The notes under the pieces are model-generated. The model did not search any database, was not told the DNA's origin, and was given only the letters and a program-made list of their open reading frames with translations. A program made the position numbers and the translations under genes. A stretch of 60,725 bases of DNA, filler included, from Sphacelaria rigidula (taxonomy: Eukaryota): the NCBI GenBank assembly GCA_964200075.2. It is 7 parts of 7 records of this genome, joined end to end, with 100 filler letters (N's around TTAATTAATTAA, not from the genome) between each part and the next. Parts side by side here need not be neighbours in the genome. Positions count along the whole stretch, not along the records: positions 34,759 to 43,347 come from CAXNAA020010676.1; positions 43,448 to 52,036 come from CAXNAA020010677.1; 5 more parts are not named here. One strand, 5' to 3'. Each line of letters begins with the position of its first letter. Within the stretch, counting starts at the first letter, position 1. Positions 38,251 to 50,800 of the stretch are shown in pieces.

Positions 38251-38632
38251 TGAAACAAGCTACAATGGTTTTCATTTTATTCGCATACCCCATGTGAACA
38301 TACAGACCAACGGTTGCGGGCGCGTTGCCTCTCGTTCAAGGCTCGAGACCGAGCGACTGTACACGAAGTGCCTCAAAGGTTTGACGAGTTACAGCAAGGT
38401 TGGGCGCACCACCCCCTCGTCTGGTCGCAAACACGCCCGGCGTGAAGCACCATTTGACCAAATCCCGCCAATAGCAGTCGGGTCCACATACGCTACTCTA
38501 GAACCGACGCATTGCCCTGTACAATTAGGTAAATCAAGCTGTATAGCCTTAATTCCACCAATAGCGGTCGATTCCATGGCCTTTTGGTGCCGCTGTAAAT
38601 ACTAGCCAGGTGCCGTCAACCCCCAGGCTTAC

Positions 38633-38742
38633 ACAGGCAAACTGGGGGAACCGTGTAATCACCGTTGGACAGCTCTGAATCGTCTTCCCATCCACAAGCT
38701 TCTTTGAACATCGCGTCCAGATCATTGATATCTTCGGTGGCG
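38633..38742 (-). CDS. Possible isolated coding exon, product unknown
   Basis: Pyrimidine-rich acceptor (cttctccaccttgcggcag|), open frame ATEDINDLDAMFKEACGWEDDSELSNGDYTVPPVCL, donor |gtaag. No partner exon was identified. Confidence 0.35.
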
Positions 38743-39300
38743 CTGCCGCAAGGTGGAGAAGTATGATGTGACGATACAAATATTGAGATGTAAAGACGGG
38801 GAGGGGTCTGGGAGTGGTGTAAGTCTACCACTAGTCTGTTTTTGTCAGCGATAGATTTTCACGCAAGACGAGCGAGCGAGGGGAGTCGGGACGAGAAGGG
38901 TTATGTTACACTGGCGAGGAGGTTCATGTCTTCGTAGAATATGTGAGTGATATCGATTGATCATCATTCACAAGCTGGTTCCGAGAGACCCACACGTACG
39001 TACGTGATCACGAGATATACCTACTCGAGGTTAAAAAGCACACGCACACACACAGACACAATTTATTTGGTGAACAACACCTGATAGAAAGGGAGAAGAC
39101 GACGGAGGAGAGATAGAGCGACCGGGGCAAGCTGAACAAAAACGAGAGGCAAAATAAATCAGATGGACTCTGGAAAAGGGAAGGAAGGAAAGGAGGACAA
39201 AAAGAAGGAAAGGAGGACAAGATCACGAGTAACTGGTCCCAATTACGGGAATGGCTACTGTACGTGCCATCACAATGCCGAATTGCAACACCAATTACAC

Positions 39301-39340
<40 letters not shown>
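39301..39340. repeat. (AGT)n microsatellite
   Basis: 13 perfect AGT units. Confidence 0.95.
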
Positions 39341-39341
<1 letters not shown>

Positions 39342-39390
39342 CATTACTAGCTGTTGTTGCTGTTGTTGTACAGGTGGTGATATCACTGAA

Positions 39391-39487
39391 CCCTTAGACG
39401 GCGACAGTAGGTCATCTGTTGAATCGATGCAATTGCACATGAAAACATCATGCATGATCCAGATTGACTACCCTCGCTGTCGAAGGG
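39391..39487. mobile_element. 97-bp piggyBac-like MITE
   Basis: tgaa|CCCTTAGACGGCGA...TCGCTGTCGAAGGG|ttca. Related copies lie at 31184-31280, 26138-26238 and (partial) ~29468-29540. Confidence 0.65.
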
Positions 39488-39935
39488 TTCAGAAATCATC
39501 TGTTGAAAAATCGAGGCTCAGATTTTTCAGATTTTCAGATTTGGATGCTAAGGCCAACTCTTATGGGAGCTGTTCAAAAACTTATTTTTCAAGAATTTTA
39601 AACGCGTTTTTTCTCCGCCACGATTCTGAACTGGGGTCAAAATGGTCACTATTATGGCCTAAAATTTGGAGAACATGGATATTCAAATTTAAGTTGGCGT
39701 GACCTAGGAGGTGTGCATCTCTACAACAGCACCCCAAGGAGATATATATCAGAAGGCGACATTTTGACGAAACAAGGAAGGTGATATTCATTTCGTGATA
39801 CAGGTATATAGTGATGGTGACGTGACGGTTCACAAATGGATTTTCACGAGAAATCACACGCCGTTCCAATGTAGGGGGAAAAACAAGTGATGATGTCATG
39901 ACGAAAACAGCACACGAATAGACCAGCGACCTCAG

Positions 39936-40210
39936 GCAGGGCGGCAATCACGCGCAAGGGTGTATGGGCGTTGTCGTCGGTCGAAATACGGACGGCCTCC
40001 CGCTCGAGAAGGAGAAAAAGCAATATCAGCAGCAGCAGCAGCAGCAGCAGCTTTACTACCAGTGGATATATACGGCTGTGGGTGGGTTTTAACCAGCCGG
40101 TGCCGATACTGCTGCTGCTGCTGCTGCTGTTCTTTCTCAGGCGAGAAACGGTCCGCGTTTCGATGGTGCGACAACACCCACTAACCTTGCGCGTGATAGC
40201 CACCGTGCTG
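39936..40210. mobile_element. Degenerate inverted-repeat element with inner (CAG)n/(CTG)n tracts
   Basis: ATCACGCGCAAGG..TGGGCGTTGTCG pairs with CGACAACACCCA..CCTTGCGCGTGAT. The CAG run (~40028-40050) faces the CTG run (~40109-40128). Confidence 0.7.
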
Positions 40211-41342
40211 GAAACCGGTAGTCCGTACTACCCGCCGATAGGTCCATGCTTGCTCACTCGGCGAAGTGCTGGGAGATATAGCTGTGCGCACCTCTCTGTG
40301 GGAGCTGTGCACGACGAGTGTGTCTCGCACGCGTGGCTACTGCTGGCGATGGAAACCAGCTGTGCGCCCATGAATAGTCACGTGACGTTTATGCTTCGTA
40401 TCAGCAGCATTGCATTTTCAACTTCGGCAAGATAGCACTGCCTGCCAACTGCAGTTGTTCGGAATGCAATAGCAATACGGCAGGTCAGGTAATCCAGCAG
40501 ACACCAGACAGGTTTGGCAAAGTTTCATTACACGATTGTGCAGTGACAGGCGCAGCACGTGAGAGAGCCGTCTGCGTGCGCAGCTGTACAACAAAACATG
40601 ACATGCCCCATTTTACTTCTTGTGCCAACTTTTGAACAGGTGCTCAAGCGTTCAAAATCGTCCCCCAATTCTGAACGCTTGGCCAAAAAATTGCATTTTT
40701 TTGGGGTCCGTTCAGAATTTTGGAGATCAAAATCTTGACGATTTTGTTCCATAATGGTCGGTTTCGTGGCCACCTGTTCAAAATTTTCGAAAAAAAACAT
40801 TTGAACGGCTCCCATAAGAGTCGGTCTAAGACGTTCTGCTGAGGTCAAGGTGGAAACAAGGATAGTAAGAAATTGGGAAATGCAAGATGCTCGTCGAAAA
40901 AGAAATATGTCATCGACACTGCAGCCGTGGGAAATAAGTATAATACCCCGGTGTATTGGTACCTATTTACATTTATTTGCTGCAGCACAGCAATACAGTA
41001 CACTACTACTGTACTGCTCAACATTTTGTTTAAGTGGAGGCCTTCTGCAGATAGTATGTCCAAGCAACACTGCGGCAGCAAAAAAATGCCTTGCTACGCT
41101 GTAGTACCGCATTCGTTCGCAAAAAATGACATGCTCTAAAGAATTCCATCATTCCCTAAGAGTTGTAGCCAGATGATACCAAGCCGTAGGTTTCAGTATA
41201 ATCGTATGCATGATTGCAACAGTCGCAGGGGCCAGGGGATCCTAGATTGATGACCCTCATCTGTGTGGCCCCTTGCTGTCTAGCTCTTTATGTGATATTT
41301 TGAGCATCACTCGGTGATTATAACAAGTGAGGAGAAAAGACT

Positions 41343-41621
41343 TGTCGAGCACGAAGCCAGCGCTATACTGGAGGAGTCCCTCGTGGATGGTCATCTTGTC
41401 CAGATCGTCTGGTAGAGGCTACAATATCTAAATATTCTTCCGGCACTGTTAGGGGAGTTGAGGCGGGAAGAGACACGTTAGGCAGTAGCTTAGAGCCAGT
41501 TTAGCCCACAGACAGGAGGAGACCAACTTGAAGCGCACAGTAGAGGGGGACGCTCCGTGAGCTGGAGGACGCACAAGTCAGGCAAGAGTCTCTTCGTGAA
41601 GTGTTTGAAGCATAGACGACA
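41343..41621 (+). mobile_element. Candidate 5' LTR of the Gypsy-like element
   Basis: TGTCG...CGACA inverted ends, followed immediately by TGG (PBS position) and the gag frame. The second LTR is not in the contig. Confidence 0.4.
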
Positions 41622-43270
41622 TGGTTCAAGCGGCGGCAGCGCCGCTGGTGTTAGGTGAGCCACTACTGCCGCCAACGTATGGTGAGGTATGGAAAGAAGA
41701 TGCATCGCGCGTGTTTTTCGCAAGATACCTTGGATACATACAGCGGTGGAGGTCAACGAATTCAGAAGGAATTATACGGCATGAGAGAATTAGCATAGGC
41801 CAACTCATTCCTGTCTACATTCATCGCTGCTTCGAAGACGTGTCCAAGGACGGTCGGGCTAGGACCCCCGATGAATTGCTTGATGCTGTGAAGCAGCATG
41901 CCGGGAATACTACAACCGGTGGGAAGCTTGACGCTACGCGGGCTGCAGCAGACTTGCTTATGGTACTTACAATGAAGCAAAGCAATGAAAAATCCGCCAA
42001 GGATCGTGCTATGATGGTTAGTTCAGATATAGAGCGGCTTTTTGCACAGAACCTGATGGCGCAAGCCATGTACCGGACAGGAGTTGGTTGCCTGGCCCGG
42101 CCGAGTCGGTGTCCATAGCTTTGGTGGATGGGATGTCGCGTCCGGAATTCAAGGCGTATGTTAGAAGTGTACTAACGTATGTTGATGGCTAGAAAACAAA
42201 CCCGACCGTGGTGTTCAAAAACACGTTTGAGGCAGCCGAGCAGTTGACGTTCATTGAAGCACATGGCCGGCGCGACTCTGCCACAAGTGCAGGTGGTATG
42301 CGCCGCAAACACCACCAGCAACTGAAACAGCAGCCGTCTATGCGAGCGTCGTCCACTCACGCGTACTACAACTGCGGCGACACCGGACATATGATCAAGG
42401 ACTGCCCCAAGCCTCGCGCTCAAGGCGCGGCACAGGGCAATGCACGAGATTTATCAGGATATCAGGGCGGTCGTCACGGTGGACGGGGCCGTGCCAATCA
42501 GGGACGCGGGCGCGGCGACCGCGATAGCAAGCAGTCGGCGGTGGATGGTGGTACCTCCGCTGCTGTTTCTTCCACTACGTCATCAGGTGGTGACTCTGAA
42601 TCTCATGGTTCGTTCGTAGCGGGGCGGACAGTGTACGTGGGAAATACTAATACTTCGGTGGGGAGTGATGAAGCAAATAGCTCGCAACCCCTCCGCAAGG
42701 CAGGATCCGTGTCTGGTGTATTCCCTACTGCTGCGACGGCTGTAACAGCGCCGTCTACATATTCGTCGACTTGGTCTGGTCGGACCGACGATTCGCTGCT
42801 ATCGATGCCAAGTGCTAGAGGGCAGCCCTGGCGTCAGGTGACTCTTGGGACAGAACAGGGTTCTTCGGCAGGCGCGGTATCTGTCAATTGCAAGGCTGAA
42901 TGCTTACTAGCAGATCTAGCCTTGCCTGGTTATAGGTTCGTTTATGGCCCGCGTTATTCTGGAATCTGGGTCCGCACGCACGTCGGTCAGTGTGGGGTTG
43001 TTAGAGCAAATGTCTTCGCAGTTTGGCGGTACCCAACTTCAGATTCCGTTCGAAAACGGACCGCAAACGGCACAGACCACCATGAGTGCTCCCGTGACGG
43101 TTACACACAAAGCGGTGCCCATTACTGTTAGCGTGCATACGCCGTGGGGGGCTGTGCAGTTGCGGCCCATTACTTTCGCTGTCATACCCGGTAGGGACAA
43201 CGTGGTTCTATTTGGGATGGCGACAATGAAGGGAGCTTAGGATTGATTTATATCCGCTGGCGTTGGAGAA
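41621..43270 (+). mobile_element. Decayed Ty3/Gypsy-like gag-protease region
   Basis: Gag-like ORF 41621-42118, zinc knuckle YYNCGDTGHMIKDCP (first Cys lost), an RG-rich segment, then aspartic protease ARVILESGSARTSV...FAVIPGRDNVVLFG (LDSG degraded to LESG). Several frameshifts; truncated by the contig end. Confidence 0.8.
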
Positions 43271-43347
43271 GTTCACGGTTAGAACAAATCAAGATTTATA
43301 CGAGTCGACTCGCCATGACGCGCAAGCAGTCATGCCGTATAAACCGT

Positions 43348-43447
43348 NNNNNNNNNNNNNNNNNNNNNNNNNNNNNNNNNNNNNNNNNNNNTTAATTAAT
43401 TAANNNNNNNNNNNNNNNNNNNNNNNNNNNNNNNNNNNNNNNNNNNN
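43348..43447. other. Artificial contig linker (5 of 6)
   Basis: N44-TTAATTAATTAA-N44. Confidence 0.98.
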
Positions 43448-44819
43448 GTGTACTTTTCCCAAGTGAATATTGATGCCGATTCAGCAGGTGACCTACTCTC
43501 GCGGTCTGACGGTCAAGTCCTCCTGCGGAGTTTGGGGGGGGAAGATACTTTCGCTCTGTGTTAGTATTTCGTATCTTCCCTGCAAGAGAGAAATGCGACT
43601 TCAGCCCCATTTTAGTGTTGAACCCCAAAATTTCAAATCGGCTGTGAATAGGAGTTTTTATAGGTGGGGGAAACTCCCTGCCCCTTGCGAATTTTCGTAG
43701 GACTCCAACAAACTCCGGCACGACTTCCTTCCAAGATATGGGTACCCAGTGAACAGCGCCTGGCCTCACCTCGTGAGAGCCGTTTCGAATGTACTAAAGG
43801 AGTTATAAACACCTGAGCAACCATGCGCGACAATACAAGCCAAGGGAAGTTTCAAGATAGAAGAATGACATCCTCACTTGGTTGTCTTTGCGAAACTGCT
43901 GTTTCACGTAACGTGTGACTTTTCGGAATGCGACGTCAATCCCGTTTGAGTGTTCGATATCATTTGTCAGGATCCTTTGTTTTGATTTTTCGTAGTTTTC
44001 ATCCGTTCCCATCCGTTTTCATGCATAATTTCATACTTATCATCCCTTTTCATCTATTTGGATGTCCATGGATGAAAATGGACGAAAATGATGGAAATGG
44101 GTGGAAATGGATGAAAAGAGATGAAAATTGATGGAAAATTGATGAAAAATTGACGAGAAAATTAGGGTATTAATAACGGCCCTTCAATAATCAGAGGGAG
44201 AAAAAAATGGAAACTTAGAGTCAGTTTAAGATCCTGACAAAACTTTAAAATGTCATCACTCAACGAATATCTATATTCTTGGCTGAGATAGTGCGTGTTT
44301 GCGTATTGGCGTGTATAGCGTGCGTGTAAAGTTTCAGTAAAAAAAATCGCAAGTTGGGTCCCGCATTTCACTTTTTTTGTCACACCGGGGCGCCCCCTTC
44401 TTATTTAACGGCAGAGTGTGCATCAGCAGGTTGATCTACACTTCACAGGGGGGTGCTTGAGTCAGGTCATTTTGTGAGACTAAGACAATGATCGTGTTCT
44501 AGAGAAATTTGGGGTTTTAGGCTGGCCCAGCTTGTATTGTGTAGATATTACGACGTGTTCTGTGAACGCTGCAGCTATTCAAATCGTGTCTCATCAGCGA
44601 ATAACACAACACCTAAATGGCGTACGCGCTATTGACATCAGATCCTTTCGCTTTGCGTGCATGAATCTGACCTGTGATGTATTATGTTGCGCAGCAACTG
44701 CAGAACAGAATAAATCCCACTTTAGTTTGATGATCGCGTACAGAATTATCCCCCCAAACACGTACAGTAGTGTATTGATCAAATCTTTCACGAACGAGTG
44801 ATAATCTCTCTGCTCGTAG

Positions 44820-47800
44820 GTGGATTCCGGCCCACTCGGGCTATCGTTGGAGGCAAGCTACGGCGTGGGCGGACTGATCCTTAAGCAGGCGTGGAGCGAC
44901 TGCGCCGCAAACAGCGGGGGAGCAGTGTACAGGCACTCGATTCGCGTGCGACACTTACGGCAGCATCACCGAAGAATGGGTGCCTCTTTTTGTTGTTCGA
45001 GGGACACAGAAACTGATGGGGCGCAGTTTGATCGCTTGTCGTCGTCTGGGCTCATCAGGGTCGTAAGGACCGATATCCAGGGAATCGGTAAAGTCAGCAA
45101 CATTACGATACCGGCAACAAAAATCACGCCGAGTGTCATGGGACCACCGACCCCTTTACGCCTGGGATTATCGACGTTGTCTTCGAGAACAGCAGCAGGG
45201 GGGAGAGCGGTGGCCGGGGGTATCAGCGCGAAGGGGCGGAAGAAGCAACTGGCACGGATCACGAGCGAAGGCATGCTCGCGGTGGAAGAGGGAGATATCC
45301 TGGTCAGGGTGGATGATGTTCAGGTGCGAATTCGTCCGGGAGAAAGTTTGGTTTAAGGCGGGTGTGCGGATGTTTGTTGGCAGCCATGAAGGTTGAATAG
45401 TGATTCCGCCTTACCTGCCGGCTCGTTGCCATGACGTTTGAAACGGACAACGCCGCACGTGTAGAGCTATGAAAAACCTCCCCGTATATTCTGTTCTACC
45501 CGAGAATGAGCTTGCTGACCACAGGTAGTTTATTTTCGACTTTTACCCCGTTCTCATGGATAAAACGTGAATATTTTTTGTGTTTTTCGATGGCTGACAG
45601 AAGGTGACGGCGGGAGCTTTTGCGCACGAAAAATATTCCCGTAGTTGTATAATTGGCTTCCAGTAAACAAACACGCCTTGGACAATGGGTGGTGAATAGA
45701 CATGAAAGGTAAACTATGTGCTGCTACGCGGAGAATGGTGCTTATCATTGCCTATCGGGCAACAGACAATAGGCTCGATACTTCACGCAGTACACTTTTT
45801 TCCTCTTGCAACTATTTACGATCTATTGTCGCAGTAGGCAATAGGCTCGACACTTTACGCTGTACAGCTTGGTCGTATCGTAAGTATTGTTCACCTATTG
45901 TCTAAGGTGTGTACATAACCGCAGACCCGGATCCCTCTCCCCCCTCATTTCGAGGGTTGGTGTCGGTTGGCAACGGCGCTGTAAGCCACACCACTAACTG
46001 CGTAAGCGAGGTCACCTGGGCATCATTTCGTTGCTTGCATTTTTTTTGCGGTAACCATGATAGTAGTTGGGTTAGATCATACTGTACGGGGTGGGGAACC
46101 GTAACTCCGCGAAAAGGGAATATTCGTACCACGTAGCGTTTTAATGGTGAGACACCGATGAGGCAGTGATACCAGAGCATGATGTAAATTTTCCGGGCCT
46201 GCCATCCATATATGCAGATAATTAGTACGCTATGGGCCGAAAATCCTTGTTGGATGCATTCACCCTTCATGCGACTCGCTGCACATATCACGGCACTTCG
46301 CGCTTGGTCATTGGGAGCTTGGTCCGTCAAAAACCCGGCGTGCTCCGTCCCGGCGAGGTCAACAGTCTTATGACAACGGCATGCAGAATCATGAGTGTCT
46401 TCCCGCCCCTCGCTTCTTGTCCTCCTCCACCTGAAACCCTCCTTGTTTTGAAGGTTTCGAAAAGGAGCTTCCAGGACGTGGTCTCGTTGCTCGAGAGAAC
46501 GCAGCGCCCAACCCGCCTTACGTTTGTACGGCACGCGTGTGGACGGAGATTCCGCACCCGCCACGAGTGTAGGAGCAACAGCCATGCTTCTCGGCGACGA
46601 CAAGCTTCACGTCCGTCCGTTTTCCATCGCCGGGGGTCAGGCTCGGGGGCAATGTTGGGGTCAATGTTAAGGATACGATTGAGATTATTTTCGGGGCTGG
46701 GCCCGCCATCGTCATATCGAGAACGAAAACGTGTGCGGTGTATCACGAAGAGGTCAAGGGTGCGGGCGCCTGTGGCACCGGCTTCGAGCCCATCGCCCAA
46801 GAAGTCGAGGAAGCGCGGTCAGCGAGTAGAGGTGAGAAAGAGAGCGAGGACACTTTCGAAAATTCCTCTGTGTCGAGGAATGGTAGTTCTCTACCGGAGC
46901 AAGTTCTGTTGACGGTGCACCGGACGGATGGACCTGTTGTTACAAGTATCTAGTATGGGCGGGGAAAAGCCGCCAGCGGTAGAAGATAAAGATCGGTTGG
47001 GTTGGCGACCGGCTGACGGATATATTTAGCTTCGGTTGTGTCCCGCCATACAACGACGGAAAGGCGTTTTTGTCGGACGTGATCCCGAATTTAGTTTTAT
47101 TTTGTAACGCGTGCGTCACTTACTCGCCGTATTTCTTCGGTCTCGACGGAGCACACGTCAGCCGTTTTTTTTCTATGTTTGCACCCAGAGAAGACAATAT
47201 TTCTTAGGGAATCGCGCCATGCTTGTTGACAAACGCTGATTCGATCAGTCAACACTGGGGCCTCTGCCTGTTTCGTTACAGGCGGAGGGTGACGCGTGCC
47301 CCGTGGCGGCGTTGTTACGAGCTCGCCGATCCTTATTTTGCTGTGGCATGCAAGAGTGGAGCGAGGTCGTGGCCGACCGTCGACGGCTGTGGCAGAGGTT
47401 GCTCAGAGATGTTCTACCTGACTCCAACAGCGACCGGGCGAGTCCCGAAAATACTTCATGCGTGTGTGTGGTAGGACGGGACGGGACGGGACGGAATGTA
47501 TCGGGAAAATGTGCGGATAGTATTGTGGCGGCGTAGCATGTATTTGATGTCGACGATAGTGTTATCTGGTTCAAAGCTTTGTCCTTCGGGACGGCGTCTT
47601 CAAACGTATCACTGTGGTTCCCAGGGGCTCGGCGGATGCAGTCTCTCGTTAGTGGTGGATTGACGGTTACCAGCCGCGAGCAGCTCAACTTTTTCTTGCG
47701 TGATTCACGGGGTTGGGATGATACGCACTGTCCGCTGATCATCTCTTGCGTGGCATATTTTGTTCACCTTGCGGACACAAAGCAGGCGAAGCTGCGGAAA

Positions 47801-50800
47801 CTGGCCAATGGGACCGGCCTGCTGGACAACCGCACACTCCAAGGTGTGCACCTGTCGGTCGGTGTCTTTCGGATTGGAGCAATCCCACCCATGCCGAGAT
47901 TCTCCGCAGAGTTAGTGGTGGCGAGTATTCTTGCCAACCCTGCATGATCGTTGTGGTTTTTTCCTGCCCGGGGTGATTTATCCCCGATGCGCGGCATAAA
48001 AAACGGTTATGCTGGCACATACTGCAGAGCGGCATTCCTCAGACGCGCACCAACTTTTTTATGAGCGGCGCATAAGAATGCAGGGGATCGTCGGCTGGTA
48101 TGTATGATACAAAATCTTTTTACCGTGGTATGGCTCGTCGTTTGAAGCGCCCACGAGGGATCCATATTACCATTCATCATCACTGCCATTTTTATCTGAA
48201 CACATCTGTAAAGCCGTGTCAACCCTGTGCCCATATTACCCTTTGTTTATACCCAAGACACCACCAAAGCAATGTCATTCCGCGATTTTGTACCGCACAT
48301 CACTCTCCCTCGACATCAATGCAGGTCGAACCACGGGAACGTCTAAGCGCAAACTAATCAACAAGTACAAACGCATCGCCAGCGACGGGAGTATGTACTA
48401 CGGGGGGCCGGGCTCTTCCGCAGAAACCAACGATCTAGCCGCTAGGATTTGGACGGATATCTCCAAGACCATGTGTCCCAAACCCACAGGCGGCGGAGGC
48501 GATGAGCATGACCCTCTTTCCTCTTCCTCTTTGGCACGTTGTCCAGATTTATCTCCCGGCGCCACCGACCACGGCAGACTTGCGTGTCCCGCGTTTTTCC
48601 CGCAAGATTTGAGGGAGCCTCTCTTCAGGTGCGTGGCAGAACCAACGAGACTTCGGCTATCGGTAGTACAGTCTTGTGCAAGAGAGGAACGTAAAGGGGC
48701 GTGTCCGAAGGGGAAGCGGGGAGGGGGAGGGGGACTGAATTTTCCTGTCTTGGAATCGGATGTAGGGTGCGTTAATCCTGTGATTTCACTCATGGTAAAT
48801 GTAAGATCCAGGATACTATCACGAGACTATCGGAGGAAAGTGTGGCGGATTAACCGATGGGAAACAGTACTGGTGATTTCCAGAAGTGGTACTGAGAACG
48901 ACGATTCGGATCGATTCTCGGAATGTTCTGGAAAGTGTTGGTTGTTCTCACTTTTGTTCTCGAATGATTCGGAAACTACGGAGAGTTATATTGTGATATA
49001 CGGTATGTTTCTGCGGGATGAAACAGGAGATATTTGCCGTAGCTCGAGAAGGATTCTCGACGGAGATGCGCCTGCCCATCTCTCGCCCCACCGTGTTCAG
49101 TGTTGTTTGTGTGCGTGTGCCTTCCTACCCATGGGCGATCTGATTTGAATTAGAAAATGAAAGACAACTATACACTTCTGCTTCTGTTACTTCATCTTCG
49201 ACAGCGGTCGCTGTGCGAGATTGCCTTCTACGTTTTTGGCTGAGCATTGGGTGCTCGAGCCATATAGCTCTAGACTCTACCGAACAGGGCGGGGGGGCGC
49301 TTTTTGCGATAGTTCCTGTTTGTAGCGATAGCGGTGGATTCTGCACCGTGCCCGTTACCGCATGCTCTGGGGTGGTATCGATATGCCTCGAAACGTTGAC
49401 AGTTCGGCTGACTGTCCTTCCGTTACCGTATTACGTGCATACTCTCGCAATTGTCAGAGTTTCCTTCGCTGCGGCATTCACGCTGCAGTACGTGTCGGGA
49501 ATTAGTTATCTGGCGGCGGTTGTACTCGGGCAAGAGCCCGACGAGGCCATGGCCTACGCGACGCTGGTTATCTTATTACAGGTGACCCTGAGAGCCGCAA
49601 GGGGTGTCATAACCAATAGTAGCTGTGATCTTGAAGTCGGAAGCAAGGACACCATCCCGTCGACGCCTGATAGAACATTACTGAAGTTCACCATTTCGTG
49701 CGCCTCACGGAAAGCCAGGACATGCGAGATGTGACCTACCTTGTCTATCTCCTGTCTCTGTCGACAACCCCAAGAACCTCACTAAATAGGAGACGAAACA
49801 TGCGAAATGCGATGGGTCCATCGTTGCTATATTTACCGATTATCGCCGATAAAGCGATATCTTTGTTCGACTCCACCTCTGGACGACCGTGGCTATAAGC
49901 ACTGGTTCCTATATTAGTTTTAGCTTATGACGGCAGCTGTCCGCATACCCGTTGAAGGGATGACAGCAAGAGCACCAATAAGTTAACGTTTGATGTGTCC
50001 CATCAGGATTATGGCTTAACCTTGCTTGTACAAGGCTGACCTGTCTAACAGCAAACATATCATAATTTTTGCCTGTCATCTTGATACCCGCGTCCGCACG
50101 AAGCCCTCATATACCTCCTCCAGCTCTTGTTGCAGTGGTCTCCGAGAATCTTGCTGCTCTCCCAGTTTGACGCCAAACGCACGCCACGCCACGCCTACCC
50201 ATTTCTGCACGCGATACACGCATCGCAGGATCGCGTGCCACGAGCTCTGTTTCCACTAAGCGACGTCGATCTCTTGGACGCATACCATCTCTCAGGAGAG
50301 CGGGTGGTCACGTTTTCTCGTTCCCCGCAGCAAGGTGAACGCCTGAGACGGCAAAGACTGGCTGCACTACTCGACAGCAGCAACAGCAGCAACAGCAGCA
50401 GCAGCAGTAGCAAGGGCAACAACAGCGGTAGTCATGGTAGCGGTTGTAGGAGCGGTAGTGACTGCGGCTATCCTTTGGGTCCACCTCGCTACTATCCTGA
50501 TGACCAGGCACGAGCAGGCAACAGCTTGGTCGATACCAACTGGAGCCAAATTAAACAGCAGCGGGAAAAGGGACACGGTGATTGCTCCACCGACACGATC
50601 AACAGCGTTGACGCCAGTAGCACGGATGACCGGGCACCTGGTCATAGCATTGTCTACACGGACGATGGCTGTGGTGTTTGCTGTATAGGAAATGAGGATA
50701 ACCACGCTGATCACGATAGCGTGGTAACAACGGCGAGCACCACCTCAAGTAAAGAGTGGTGTGGAGAGGTGGGTGGGCTTAGTCGTGGGATATGTACCTG

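Noticed and set aside
39163..40435. Poly-Ser/Gln/Leu ORFs
   Set aside because: They arise from AGT and CAG/CTG microsatellites inside repeats.
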